Virus record (IMG/VR): IMGVR_UViG_3300017649_000002
Coordinates: 1 to 57,598 of that record
Origin: a virus
Lineage: Duplodnaviria > Caudoviricetes
Strand: one strand, 5' to 3'
DNA: 57,598 bases
Below are positions 45,946 through 54,271 of this stretch, one piece after another. Numbering within the stretch: position 1 is the first letter of the stretch; each line of letters starts with the position of its first letter. A program made the position numbers and the translations under genes. The notes under the pieces were generated by a model. It saw only the letters and a program-made list of their open reading frames with translations. It ran no database searches and had not been told where the DNA came from.

Positions 45946-46467
45946 TTATTCGGGCAACAGGTCGCGCACGTCGTCGGCGCGAACAAGGCCATAATTTACA
46001 AGGGTTTGTGTCAAGGATTTACATTGTGTGCGCTGGTTTCCGCTATATGTTCTGTGAACCGTAAAGCGGATTGTGCGGACTATGCGACCCACTACTTCGG
46101 CCGTAGGGAAGCCCGCATAGACTTGAGCAATATCGCTAGCCGCCAGTGAATCAGCAAATTGAGATTGAAGCATACCGGCTAGGGTTTGCCAGTTTTCGGG
46201 TTTAATATTGCGATGCTCATTCACTGCATGTAATCGCTTTTTAAAATCGCACGCGGCGTCCAGGTCTTCAGCATGAGAAAGAACTTCGCACAGCGGACCC
46301 TCGGCTAAACTGACTTCGCCCAGCACGGGGGAACCATCGGGGAAAGCGCCAAAGTTCGTATCTGCGCATTCCAGCACGCCAGCCAAGATGCGGCGGGCGT
46401 CCGCTACGGTTTCCGCTTTCACTTGGATAGCGGCGACTAGTTCACAATCGAAAGTGAATGTTTGCAT
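45946..46467 (-). CDS. Hypothetical protein (AT-richer C-terminal half)
   Basis: Operon tiling; ATG 46467 follows the upstream TGA. Confidence 0.7.
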   Translation of the reverse strand: MQTFTFDCELVAAIQVKAETVADARRILAGVLECADTNFGAFPDGSPVLGEVSLAEGPLCEVLSHAEDLDAACDFKKRLHAVNEHRNIKPENWQTLAGMLQSQFADSLAASDIAQVYAGFPTAEVVGRIVRTIRFTVHRTYSGNQRTQCKSLTQTLVNYGLVRADDVRDLLPE

Positions 46468-46469
46468 GG

Positions 46470-46682
46470 TCAAAACCCCATGATTTCAGCGAACCATTGC
46501 GCATTGGCTTGCAGGTAATCGACCTTTGCCGCTTTGCGCTCGCGTAAGGTTTGCGGGTTGAATCGCGGCGCTTCCCCAATGCCAGCGGCAAATGCTGAAA
46601 CGATGGCTTGCGCGGCCGTCATGGTGCTGGCGGTCAGCACGGTATCGCGGCCGTGCGCGGTCAGGACAATTTTGATTTTCAT
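46470..46682 (-). CDS. Hypothetical protein
   Basis: Operon tiling; ATG 46682. Confidence 0.6.
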   Translation of the reverse strand: MKIKIVLTAHGRDTVLTASTMTAAQAIVSAFAAGIGEAPRFNPQTLRERKAAKVDYLQANAQWFAEIMGF

Positions 46683-46720
46683 GGCGTCATTCTTCAAAAG
46701 GGTCGATCGGCAACGCGGCT

Positions 46721-46918
46721 TCAATAGTCCAAAAGCGACCGCAGCGCGGCGCGGTTTTCGACGATGTAGGCGTTAAGCTTCAGGCGGTCGCCCGGTGCCA
46801 GCAAAACGGGGGCTTTGTCGAAAAACTCGCCTATCAGGTCGGCGTGATAGGCTTCGGCCTTTTCGATGCTATCAAAGGTCTTACCGCGTGTTTTGTAGAG
46901 CGTAATTTCTTCAATCAT
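46721..46918 (-). CDS. Hypothetical protein
   Basis: 'YKT.GKTFDS.E.AEA' motif; ATG 46918. Confidence 0.65.
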   Translation of the reverse strand: MIEEITLYKTRGKTFDSIEKAEAYHADLIGEFFDKAPVLLAPGDRLKLNAYIVENRAALRSLLDY

Positions 46919-46922
46919 GGCG

Positions 46923-47111
46923 TTAAACTCCAAGATAGGCGGCGGCGGCCGATGCGCCGCGCACGTGGCGCGGAATGTCCGGCGCGAGTTCTACATACGT
47001 TCCGCCGCGCCGGACTTGCAATTTACGCTGGCCGTTCGGATATACCGCAATGCGGTATGTGCCCGCGTAGGACGTGACATAGGCCCAAGGTTTCATGTTG
47101 TTTTCGTTCAT
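46923..47111 (-). CDS. Hypothetical protein
   Basis: GGAG RBS before ATG 47111; operon tiling. Confidence 0.55.
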   Translation of the reverse strand: MNENNMKPWAYVTSYAGTYRIAVYPNGQRKLQVRRGGTYVELAPDIPRHVRGASAAAAYLGV

Positions 47112-47136
47112 GGCGTCATTCTCCGGTGTGGCGGGC

Positions 47137-47280
47137 CTACAGCCCCCGATTGGTCAAAACGGCGTCCAGGTGCGCGAAACACGCGGCACGGCGGCGGCGG
47201 GTGCGGATATGGTCGGCCACGTCCAGCGCGAGGCCGGCGAAGCCAAGCATGGCGGCGGCGATAATGAGGGCGGTATCCAT
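47137..47280 (-). CDS. Small membrane peptide (47 aa, MDTALIIAAAMLGFAGLAL...), not in the ORF track
   Basis: GGAG-ataacaacc-ATG; TM helix followed by an Arg cluster; downstream of a promoter/operator. Confidence 0.65.
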   Translation of the reverse strand: MDTALIIAAAMLGFAGLALDVADHIRTRRRRAACFAHLDAVLTNRGL

Positions 47281-47370
47281 GGTTGTTATCTCCGGTTATG
47301 CGCCGCAATGCGCAGCGCCATGACTGAATCATAGCACGATACTGTTAAACAGTGTCGCTTATGAGAAACC

Positions 47371-47610
47371 CTAATCTTGCGGACGTTGCTTTTCCAACCA
47401 TGGCGGCAAGGCGGGCAATTGGGTTTGCATCCATGCCGCCAGCGCTAGGCCGATCAGGAACGCCGGCCAACCTCGCCCGTCGAATACGGCCAGCCCAGCG
47501 CCCAGCGCCACTAGGAACATTTGCAGCCCGCGAATGGCGTAACCTTGCGCCAGTAGTGCGGCTATCTCGCGCCGCTGTGCTGGCGTCAATCCGGGTTGAT
47601 CGCTCGCCAT
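47371..47610 (-). CDS. Small two-TM membrane protein
   Basis: ATG 47610 directly after the upstream stop; two hydrophobic segments. Confidence 0.6.
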   Translation of the reverse strand: MASDQPGLTPAQRREIAALLAQGYAIRGLQMFLVALGAGLAVFDGRGWPAFLIGLALAAWMQTQLPALPPWLEKQRPQD

Positions 47611-47611
47611 G

Positions 47612-48073
47612 TTAGGCGGCCTTGCTGGCGTTGCGTGCCCGCCATTCGGCCAGCGTTCCGGGATTGCACTGCGCGAGGGACGCGAACGCGTCCGCAATAA
47701 GCTCTTTGATGCCGTTTCTATCCCGGCCGCTGATGCGGATGTCATACCCGCCGATAAAAGACGGAGTGACAGTCACGGTGTGATCGGTCCATCCGTCATA
47801 GAAACCGCCGTCATTCATATGATGAAACGCCGTCACGAAAACGAGTCTGTCCGGCGTGCTGCGGTCCATGTCAAGAGTAGTACCATGGTCGAACCCTGAT
47901 CCACCGGGCGCATGCTTGCGCACAATGCCGTGAAGGTAGTCCGCCCATTCGCGGACCATGCCGCCATAGTGCGCGATGGCGGAAGGCGCGGCCGTGTCGG
48001 AATCGCGGCATTTTTCGCAATTGCGCATGGCTTGCAGCGCGGTAGCTACGGCGGAAAAGAAAGCGGCTTTCAT
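47612..48073 (-). CDS. Conserved-looking phage early protein of unknown function
   Basis: GGAG RBS; motif-rich 'PGGSGFD', 'FHHMN..G.YDGWT.H...V.PSF', 'ISGRDRNGIK'. Confidence 0.8.
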   Translation of the reverse strand: MKAAFFSAVATALQAMRNCEKCRDSDTAAPSAIAHYGGMVREWADYLHGIVRKHAPGGSGFDHGTTLDMDRSTPDRLVFVTAFHHMNDGGFYDGWTDHTVTVTPSFIGGYDIRISGRDRNGIKELIADAFASLAQCNPGTLAEWRARNASKAA

Positions 48074-48122
48074 GGTGTTATCACTCCAAAATGTTGTTAG
48101 GTCGGACACGGTTTAATCGCGC

Positions 48123-48509
48123 TCAATGCAGGTACAGCCAGCCCCGGTAGAACTGCGTTTCGATATGCCAGCGGCGCCAATCGGTGCGCAGCACGTCGGC
48201 CAGCTTGGCGCCGATCTCGCCCAGCTCGCGCCGATCATCGAAGCCCACGCCGTGCCCGGCCGCCGTCAAATACAAGTCATGCCCGAAAGCGGCGGCGGGG
48301 CTTCCCGCGTCCGGGTGCGTGCCGTAGTCGTCGCATTCCATCGCGGCGGCGCACAGTTCGGCATGCTTGGCGGCAAACTCGCTAATGAAGCGATGCGCCC
48401 ATTCCTGCGCCTTGCGCGTGGCGCGGGGGTGCGTGCCTTCGGGGCAATCCGCCCAAATCGCGGCGATGATGAAATGACGGGCGGCGGTTTCGATTTGATC
48501 GGGGGTCAT
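48123..48509 (-). CDS. Conserved-looking phage early protein of unknown function
   Basis: GAGG RBS; 'GHDLYLT..GHG.GF.D' motif. Confidence 0.8.
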   Translation of the reverse strand: MTPDQIETAARHFIIAAIWADCPEGTHPRATRKAQEWAHRFISEFAAKHAELCAAAMECDDYGTHPDAGSPAAAFGHDLYLTAAGHGVGFDDRRELGEIGAKLADVLRTDWRRWHIETQFYRGWLYLH

Positions 48510-48512
48510 GGC

Positions 48513-48803
48513 TTATGCCTCTTGCACGGTAATGGATTCATCGAGGGCGGTTTTGATGTAGGCGGTCCCAGCGTTGCCGTATTGCGCGACATACACGCGC
48601 CGCCAGCGGCCGTTAAATTTGACCATTAGGCGTGACGGTATCGCGGCCCCGTAACCCGTGGCGGTCCAGCTCAGACCCGCAATATGATGCGGCAAGGGCG
48701 CATCTTTGGCGGGAACTTCCCGCGTCCAAAAGGAATCACGGCGGCCGTCTTTGCGGATGCTGCAACCGTGTAGAAAAGCGGTTTTTGCTTCAGTGTTTGC
48801 CAT
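48513..48803 (-). CDS. Conserved-looking phage early protein of unknown function
   Basis: 'TGYG..IP...MV...GRWRRVY...YGNAGT.YI' motif. Confidence 0.8.
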   Translation of the reverse strand: MANTEAKTAFLHGCSIRKDGRRDSFWTREVPAKDAPLPHHIAGLSWTATGYGAAIPSRLMVKFNGRWRRVYVAQYGNAGTAYIKTALDESITVQEA

Positions 48804-48806
48804 GGC

Positions 48807-49049
48807 TTAGGCCCCCTTACGTTCGATGGTGAAAACGGTATCTTCGGCGCGGACGGGCCAAGACTGTCCCGGCAACAGGCGGCGCGGGCCGGACTGCATA
48901 GCCGCACCCATGGCAAACAGCGCGATGTTGCGGGCCGCTTTGGCGTCCGCCAGTGTGCGAAATTTGAACGTCCGCACGGGTCCGCCCCGTTCGATGTCGG
49001 CCAAGCGTTCAACGTCACGGCATGCGTCAATGGTCAGGGTGTAAGCCAT
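48807..49049 (-). CDS. Hypothetical protein
   Basis: GAGG RBS; operon tiling. Confidence 0.65.
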   Translation of the reverse strand: MAYTLTIDACRDVERLADIERGGPVRTFKFRTLADAKAARNIALFAMGAAMQSGPRRLLPGQSWPVRAEDTVFTIERKGA

Positions 49050-49051
49050 GG

Positions 49052-49738
49052 TCAAACCTCAATGTCGGCAAAGTCGGTTTTGAGGGTTTCGCGGTTGTCG
49101 CGGATGCTTGCTACCAAATCGGCCGCCTCGCTGCGCAGTCGCTGAAAACAAGGCTTGTTACGCAGCGCCAAGCATTCACGCAGGCGGGCTAACTGGCTTT
49201 CGATTTTCTCGCGCAAAGCATCGGCCGCCCGCCAGCGCATTTGATAGTCGCGTTCCTGTTCCGCGTACCATTCGGCCTGACCATCAGCGAAGCGGGCCGC
49301 CTCGCGTGCGCAGTCAAACAGGTTCGCGAAATACACTCGTTCGCCGTTGTCCGACTGGTAATAACCGCCCAGGTATCGGCCATGCGGCAAGGCGACAACA
49401 AAACCGCGATAGGTGTCGTACCCGTCCGGGTCCGCATACCAGCCGCTATGATCGATAGGGGAATTTTCGATTTCATCCGCCCATGTCTCACGCTCGAAAG
49501 CCGGCCCGGTGTGACAATACCAGATAGGGATTTTCCGGCCGCGTGCATCCGTGTTGAAACCTTGCGAGATGCTTTCGTTAGTACTCTTGAAATTGGCATA
49601 TCGCACGGTGCGCCATGTCGGGTTAGCCGCAAGGCGCATATTCCGATGCGGGTTAGCGGCCAGCTTTGCAGCGTCCGCACGCAAGGCGGCAAGGCGGGCG
49701 GGGGCACCGATGCGTAGGTTTAGATAGCGGTAAGCCAT
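49052..49738 (-). CDS. Hypothetical phage early protein
   Basis: 228 aa, GGAG RBS; 'H.GWY.D..G', 'AARFAD..AE..AE.ER.Y'. Confidence 0.8.
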   Translation of the reverse strand: MAYRYLNLRIGAPARLAALRADAAKLAANPHRNMRLAANPTWRTVRYANFKSTNESISQGFNTDARGRKIPIWYCHTGPAFERETWADEIENSPIDHSGWYADPDGYDTYRGFVVALPHGRYLGGYYQSDNGERVYFANLFDCAREAARFADGQAEWYAEQERDYQMRWRAADALREKIESQLARLRECLALRNKPCFQRLRSEAADLVASIRDNRETLKTDFADIEV

Positions 49739-49775
49739 GGTGTTATCACTCCGATTTGTTGTTAGCGGGGGCGCG

Positions 49776-50258
49776 TTAAATCCATTCGTGTTTCAGAGCA
49801 TAGCCCCCGGCGTAGTCATCTTCGCCGTTGCGGCGGCCGTGCGGCTTGCGCGTGCCGTTCGGCCAAATGGCATGCCCCAGCGAGTAAACCAGCGAAAAGC
49901 CCATATCCATTCCGCAACCGCTAACCTTAATTCCCGGCCCGTGCGGGTTGAGGGTGTAGCCGATAGCATCGGCGGCCATGGCATCGATATTGCGCAGTTC
50001 GGCAGGTTGGCCCTTGCTGGCGGGGGTAACGATGAAAAGGGAAATCACGCGACACATGCCGGACCCGGAAACCTTGCGCAGCACGCAAAAAACCTTTTGG
50101 CCGGGCTTCAGCAGCTTGCGCAGTTCGGCGGCGCAGTATTCGCGGCGGGCCTTTTCGCCTTCAGTGCGGGTCAGTTGCTCGCAATCATTGTGATACTCGG
50201 GGCGTTCCGTGGTGAAGACTTCGCCGGACGGGGAACGCATGTAAACGGGCTTGCTCAT
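49776..50258 (-). CDS. Conserved-looking phage early protein (first gene of the leftward block)
   Basis: GGAG RBS; 'LRKVS.SGM.R.I', 'V.GCGMDMGF.LVY.L'. Confidence 0.82.
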   Translation of the reverse strand: MSKPVYMRSPSGEVFTTERPEYHNDCEQLTRTEGEKARREYCAAELRKLLKPGQKVFCVLRKVSGSGMCRVISLFIVTPASKGQPAELRNIDAMAADAIGYTLNPHGPGIKVSGCGMDMGFSLVYSLGHAIWPNGTRKPHGRRNGEDDYAGGYALKHEWI

Positions 50259-50341
50259 GTTCGTTACTCCGATTGATTGGGTTTGACAACAATCTGTTGT
50301 TTGCCCCGGCGCGGCCTATCCGCAATGGGGCGTTAGGTGCA

Positions 50342-50370
50342 ATTCTGACGACACGGTTTAACAGTGTCAA
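50342..50370 (-). promoter_or_regulatory. Near-consensus leftward sigma70 promoter overlapped by operator A
   Basis: TTGACA-17 nt-CAGAAT; palindrome GACACGGTTTAACAGTGTC at 50350-50368. Confidence 0.8.
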
Positions 50371-50570
50371 CCCCCCGCCGCAAAAATTCCGATTAGGGAC
50401 AAACCCTAATGCCACGCAGCGCCAGGGCGGCCAGCGGCGGCCCCATGCAATAGGCCGGCACGCGGCAACCGTGCCCAGGCTTGCGAGATGGCCCCAGGAC
50501 GGGCCGAAACGCGGCGACCATGCCCCATGTAGTGCCCCGCCCCGAAAAGCGGCCCAGGCGGCGATTTTTT

Positions 50571-50663
50571 GATCCGGCCCCGTTTTCGCGATCCGGCCCC
50601 GTTTTCGCGATCCGGCCCCGTTTTCGCGATCCGTCCCCGTTTTCGCGATCCGTCCCCGTTTTC
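50571..50663. repeat. 19-bp tandem repeat x5 (GATCCG(G/T)CCCCGTTTTCGC)
   Basis: Units start at 50571, 50590, 50609, 50628 and 50647. Confidence 0.95.
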
Positions 50664-50697
50664 CGCCCCCGGTCCAGCGTGCCGGCTGCTGCGGCGG

Positions 50698-50724
50698 CCT
50701 GGTGCCCCGCCGCCTGGCGCCAGG
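50698..50724. other. Candidate cosN dyad (CCTGGTGCC-CCGCCGCCT-GGCGCCAGG)
   Basis: 9-bp inverted repeat (1 mismatch) around CGCCGCC, the core also present in the lambda cohesive end; the phage has a gpA-type terminase. Confidence 0.45.
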
Positions 50725-50742
50725 TGCCCTTCGTGCCCTTCA

Positions 50743-50893
50743 CCGGCTGACCCGGCTGATGCCCTTCAGCATGTCACCCGGCTAATGCCCTTCGGAGGGC
50801 CGACCGGCTGACGACCCTTCGGCCGGGCCACCGGCTGACCTGCCCTTTGGAACCCTCCCCGGCTGACATCCCTTCAGCGGGGCGACCGGCTGA
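50743..50893. repeat. Spaced repeat array CCGGCTGA-N2-4-CCCTTC-N10, period 26-28 bp
   Basis: CCGGCT(G/A)A at 50743, 50752, 50778, 50804, 50831, 50859 and 50886. Confidence 0.85.
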
Positions 50894-50915
50894 TGCAGAA
50901 AACCAACGCCTTACT

Positions 50916-50945
50916 TTGACACTGCTGAAACCTGTCCGCTACTAT
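50916..50945 (+). promoter_or_regulatory. Rightward sigma70 promoter overlapped by operator A
   Basis: TTGACA-18 nt-TACTAT; GACACTGCTGAAACCTGTC at 50918-50936. Confidence 0.75.
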
Positions 50946-50989
50946 TCGGCAGTAGCACCCTTGATCAACCGAACCGTTGGGATTCCATC

Positions 50990-51286
50990 ATGCCCCCGAA
51001 GAAGACCGCTCCCGCCGAAGTCGAAGTCGCCCCCACCCCGTCGCTCGTGCAGCAGATCGCTGACCTGGCCGAAGGCAAGTCCGTCAGCCTGACCGAGCGC
51101 CTGGACGGCGACGAAGCGACCAAGGCGGTCATCCAGGCGACGCGGGAACGCCTGCGCAACAACGTGGCCGCCGCCGTCAAACGCGCCCGTGACAAGACCG
51201 GCGCCACCTACACCGTCGAAGGCGGCGAGATCACCACGCGCTCGCTCGACATCCTCGTGGTCGTCGCGATCACCCGTACCGCCTGA
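50990..51286 (+). CDS. Hypothetical protein
   Basis: 98 aa, strong phage codon usage, first gene after the promoter. Confidence 0.75.
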   Translation: MPPKKTAPAEVEVAPTPSLVQQIADLAEGKSVSLTERLDGDEATKAVIQATRERLRNNVAAAVKRARDKTGATYTVEGGEITTRSLDILVVVAITRTA

Positions 51287-51302
51287 CCAACCAAGGAAGG
51301 AC

Positions 51303-51539
51303 ATGGACACCAAGCAACAGAACGCGGCGTGCCCCAACGCCAGCCGTCTCACCGAAATCTTCATCGGCCAGTACACGCGGGCATCAGAGGCCCAACTGGC
51401 CCTGGCGCTGGCGGCCCTGCTGATCAAGCTGGGCGAGACTTCGATCAACATCACCTACGATGACGTGCGCCGGGCGCAGGGTACGGTCGTGAGCATCGAG
51501 CCGGGGATCGAAGGCGGGGTCAATTTCAAAATTTTGTAG
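51303..51539 (+). CDS. Hypothetical protein
   Basis: AAGGAAGG RBS before ATG 51303. Confidence 0.65.
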   Translation: MDTKQQNAACPNASRLTEIFIGQYTRASEAQLALALAALLIKLGETSINITYDDVRRAQGTVVSIEPGIEGGVNFKIL

Positions 51540-51605
51540 AAGACTTTGCCATTTGAAATCGGCTCAACCACCTTGGATCAACGAAAGCTCTTACCACCCT
51601 AGTTT

Positions 51606-52103
51606 ATGAAATCCGACCTTACCGCCGAGCGTCTTAGGGAACTTGTCATCTACCACCCGGAAACGGGTCTGTTTGAGTGGCGACTTCCGAGAAGCGGCGT
51701 TGGCCCCGGCCTCTTTTCCGGCTCGCCCGGCTCGCAGGGTTATCTGCGAATACAGATCGACGGGCAACGCTACGCAGCCCATCGTCTAGCGTGGCTCTAC
51801 GCCTATGGCGAGTGGCCCAAACGGCAGATCGACCACAAGAACAAGGTACGTAGCGACAACAGGTTGCGAAATCTGCGGCCAGCCAGCAATGCGCAGAACA
51901 GCCGGAACCGAAAGTTAAATCGGAACAATACGTCAGGGCATCGTGGTGTGTTCTGGAGCAAGGTTGCCGAAAGGTGGCAAACCTACATCATGTACAAAGG
52001 AAAGTACCGCCACCTGGGGCTGTTCGATAGCATCGACCTGGCTGTTGAGTTTCGCCAACTTGCCGAAGCCATGATCGACCCCGTGTTCTACGGACACTGC
52101 TAG
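51606..52103 (+). CDS. HNH homing endonuclease with AP2-like domain
   Basis: 'YHPETGLFEW', 'AHRLAW', 'IDHKNKVRSDNRLRNLR', 'NNTSGHRGV.W'. Confidence 0.92.
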   Translation: MKSDLTAERLRELVIYHPETGLFEWRLPRSGVGPGLFSGSPGSQGYLRIQIDGQRYAAHRLAWLYAYGEWPKRQIDHKNKVRSDNRLRNLRPASNAQNSRNRKLNRNNTSGHRGVFWSKVAERWQTYIMYKGKYRHLGLFDSIDLAVEFRQLAEAMIDPVFYGHC

Positions 52104-52121
52104 ACTGTTACAAATTAGTCG

Positions 52122-52151
52122 TTGACACTGTTGAATCGTGTCGCGGACAAT
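52122..52151 (+). promoter_or_regulatory. Rightward sigma70 promoter overlapped by operator A
   Basis: TTGACA-18 nt-GACAAT; GACACTGTTGAATCGTGTC at 52124-52142. Confidence 0.75.
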
Positions 52152-52183
52152 ACGCCTACCCCAACTCACTTTTCACGACATCT

Positions 52184-52600
52184 ATGGATTACGACGACAT
52201 CGACTACTTTCCCCGTAAGGGGAAGCGGGCCGAACGCGCTGACGCGGCCAAGGGTGAGCACACCAAGCACCACAACCTGGAAGCCCTGCGCACGAGCGGC
52301 CTGAAGTTCCACGAGGTCAACAACGGCGACGTGGCCGTGTTCCGGTCATCCGGCAAACCGACCGTGGACTTCTTCACCCGCAAGAACCGCTGGCAGGTTC
52401 GCGGCCAGAAAAAGACCACGCATGGCGCCGTGGGCGAGTTCATCGCCTTCATCTCGGGCTTTCACAACCTAGAGGTCTTGCAGGACGGAACCCCGGTGCG
52501 CTGGGTGCGTGGCGACCAGAATATGACCCGCATGCCGCTGACGCTGCCCGCTCATGTGCACGACGAGCCGGGCGACCTGGGCGAAGGGGGTGTGGAATGA
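52184..52600 (+). CDS. Hypothetical protein
   Basis: 138-aa ORF with typical codon usage, downstream of a promoter. Confidence 0.65.
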   Translation: MDYDDIDYFPRKGKRAERADAAKGEHTKHHNLEALRTSGLKFHEVNNGDVAVFRSSGKPTVDFFTRKNRWQVRGQKKTTHGAVGEFIAFISGFHNLEVLQDGTPVRWVRGDQNMTRMPLTLPAHVHDEPGDLGEGGVE

Positions 52601-52848
52601 GCGACATCGAACTCAAGGTCGGTCGCACCTATCGCGCCAAGAAACCCCGTGAATCGCATGGCCTCGTCAACGATCGCACCGTTCTCTACATCGGCGCGAA
52701 CTACGTCCAGTACGACGGGCCGGCCGTTGCCCATGGACGGCATTATCCGAAGGTGCTCACCAGTGATTTCCTGAAGTGGGCAGATCGCGACGTGACCGAT
52801 GAACTGCCGAAGAACGAATACGCCCCGTGGCCCATCACCAAGGGCTGA
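52597..52848 (+). CDS. Hypothetical protein
   Basis: ATGA-coupled; 'GRTYRAKKP', 'VQYDGP.V..GRHYP.V....FLKWA'. Confidence 0.75.
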   Translation: MSDIELKVGRTYRAKKPRESHGLVNDRTVLYIGANYVQYDGPAVAHGRHYPKVLTSDFLKWADRDVTDELPKNEYAPWPITKG

Positions 52849-52869
52849 CCCCTCCACCAAGGAAAGGAA

Positions 52870-53427
52870 ATGCAACTTGCCTACCGCCTGATCGCCCGCT
52901 TCATCGCGAAGCGCCCCCACCTGGTTGATGCGCTGATCGCTCGCGCCCGCCGCACGCCCTACAGCACCATCATGAGCCGCGACGGCCAGCGCGAATACAT
53001 GCGTCGCGCCTGGCTGTTCAACGCCTACCAGGACCAGGACAACCAGCCGATCGAGCGCAACTGGTTCATGCGCTTGCTGCCGTCGATCCGCATCCACGAG
53101 ATCATGCTGAAGGATGACGACGAGCATCTGCACGATCATCCGTGGAACGCGCAGACCCTCATCCTGCGCGGCTGGTATGTCGAGCAACGCGAGAACCCCG
53201 AGTTCGACGCCTGCATTCCCGAGCACCCCGGCAACCGCTCGACCATCGTGACGATGCGCGAGGCGGGCGATAGTGCCCGAGTGAACTTCGGTGAGTTCCA
53301 CCGGATCATCGGCAAGGCCGAAGGCCCGGTCGTGACCTTGTTCATCACCTTCCGCTACGGCGGCGTGTGGGGCTTCAAGGTCAACGGCCAGAAGGTGCCC
53401 TGGCGCGAGTACCTGGGGATCGAATGA
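52870..53427 (+). CDS. Cupin-fold (metal-binding) phage protein
   Basis: 'D.DEHLHDHPW....IL.G.Y.E', 'FHRI', 'TLF.T.....WGF'. Confidence 0.7.
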   Translation: MQLAYRLIARFIAKRPHLVDALIARARRTPYSTIMSRDGQREYMRRAWLFNAYQDQDNQPIERNWFMRLLPSIRIHEIMLKDDDEHLHDHPWNAQTLILRGWYVEQRENPEFDACIPEHPGNRSTIVTMREAGDSARVNFGEFHRIIGKAEGPVVTLFITFRYGGVWGFKVNGQKVPWREYLGIE

Positions 53428-53630
53428 TGGACCCGGTGCTTCCGATAACCCAGCAACTGGCGCTCTACGAGCGCATCGAACTGCTGCATCGGCGGATCGA
53501 CGCTTTCCTCGGGCCGGAGTGGGGCGAACAGTTGATCATCGCGCTCAACAACATCGCCACGACCAGCACGCAGTCCTACGTCGATCTGCTGGAAGAAGCC
53601 GCTGCGACGGTCGTGCGGGAAGCCCGCTAA
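53424..53630 (+). CDS. Hypothetical protein
   Basis: ATGA-coupled start at 53424. Confidence 0.55.
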   Translation: MMDPVLPITQQLALYERIELLHRRIDAFLGPEWGEQLIIALNNIATTSTQSYVDLLEEAAATVVREAR

Positions 53631-53649
53631 CTCACTTCAAGGAACAACA

Positions 53650-53859
53650 ATGGACCTGCCCATCAGACCCCGCCAGTCCGACGAGTGGATCGTCAACGAC
53701 GGTTCGCAGCCGGTGCCCGATGGCACGCTCGTCGATCTGGTTCTGTGCGGTGATTTCGAGGAACCCGTCTTCGCGGCCACGGCCGATCATTGGCAGTGGA
53801 CGGCCGGCGTGACGAAGATCACGCACTGGCGGCGGCAGGAAGTTTTCGAAGCCGTCTGA
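53650..53859 (+). CDS. Small Trp-rich DUF551-like protein
   Basis: AAGGA RBS; 'WI..DG..PV..GT.V......W.W......ITHWR'. Confidence 0.7.
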   Translation: MDLPIRPRQSDEWIVNDGSQPVPDGTLVDLVLCGDFEEPVFAATADHWQWTAGVTKITHWRRQEVFEAV

Positions 53860-53917
53860 AATTCGCCTGGCGCTTTGCGGGGGACGCGGCGCCGCTACCA
53901 CCCTCTAGGAGAAAGTC

Positions 53918-54271
53918 ATGAGCATCTTCACCGAACACATCAAGTCCGGGCGCAGCCTGATCTTCGTGCAGACCGCGCTCGCCCACTACAAGGTCATCGG
54001 CGCCCTGCGCGTGAAGCTGATTCCGTATTTCAGCACTTGCGAGCACGGCGCGATGAACGCCCTGGTCAAGTACATAGGCCATCTGCCGAAGAACGCCGCC
54101 CTGGTGTGCATGCTGCCGGCACTCGTGACTGGTGTGAAGATCGACGCCAGCCGCGTCATCTGGATCGAGGGCGACACCTACCGCACCGATGACCCGATCT
54201 TCGATCAGGCCATGTGGCGCGTGCGCGGACACGAGACGGCCCGCCTGATCATCACGGAGGCCGACGTATGA
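53918..54271 (+). CDS. Hypothetical protein
   Basis: AGGAG RBS; operon tiling. Confidence 0.7.
   Translation: MSIFTEHIKSGRSLIFVQTALAHYKVIGALRVKLIPYFSTCEHGAMNALVKYIGHLPKNAALVCMLPALVTGVKIDASRVIWIEGDTYRTDDPIFDQAMWRVRGHETARLIITEADV

Noticed and set aside
50743-50893. Repeat-spacer array as a mini-CRISPR
   Set aside because: Repeats are only about 16 nt and degenerate, spacers are 10 nt, and there is no leader or cas operon. The Cas4-like gene is the usual DUF2800 replication nuclease.
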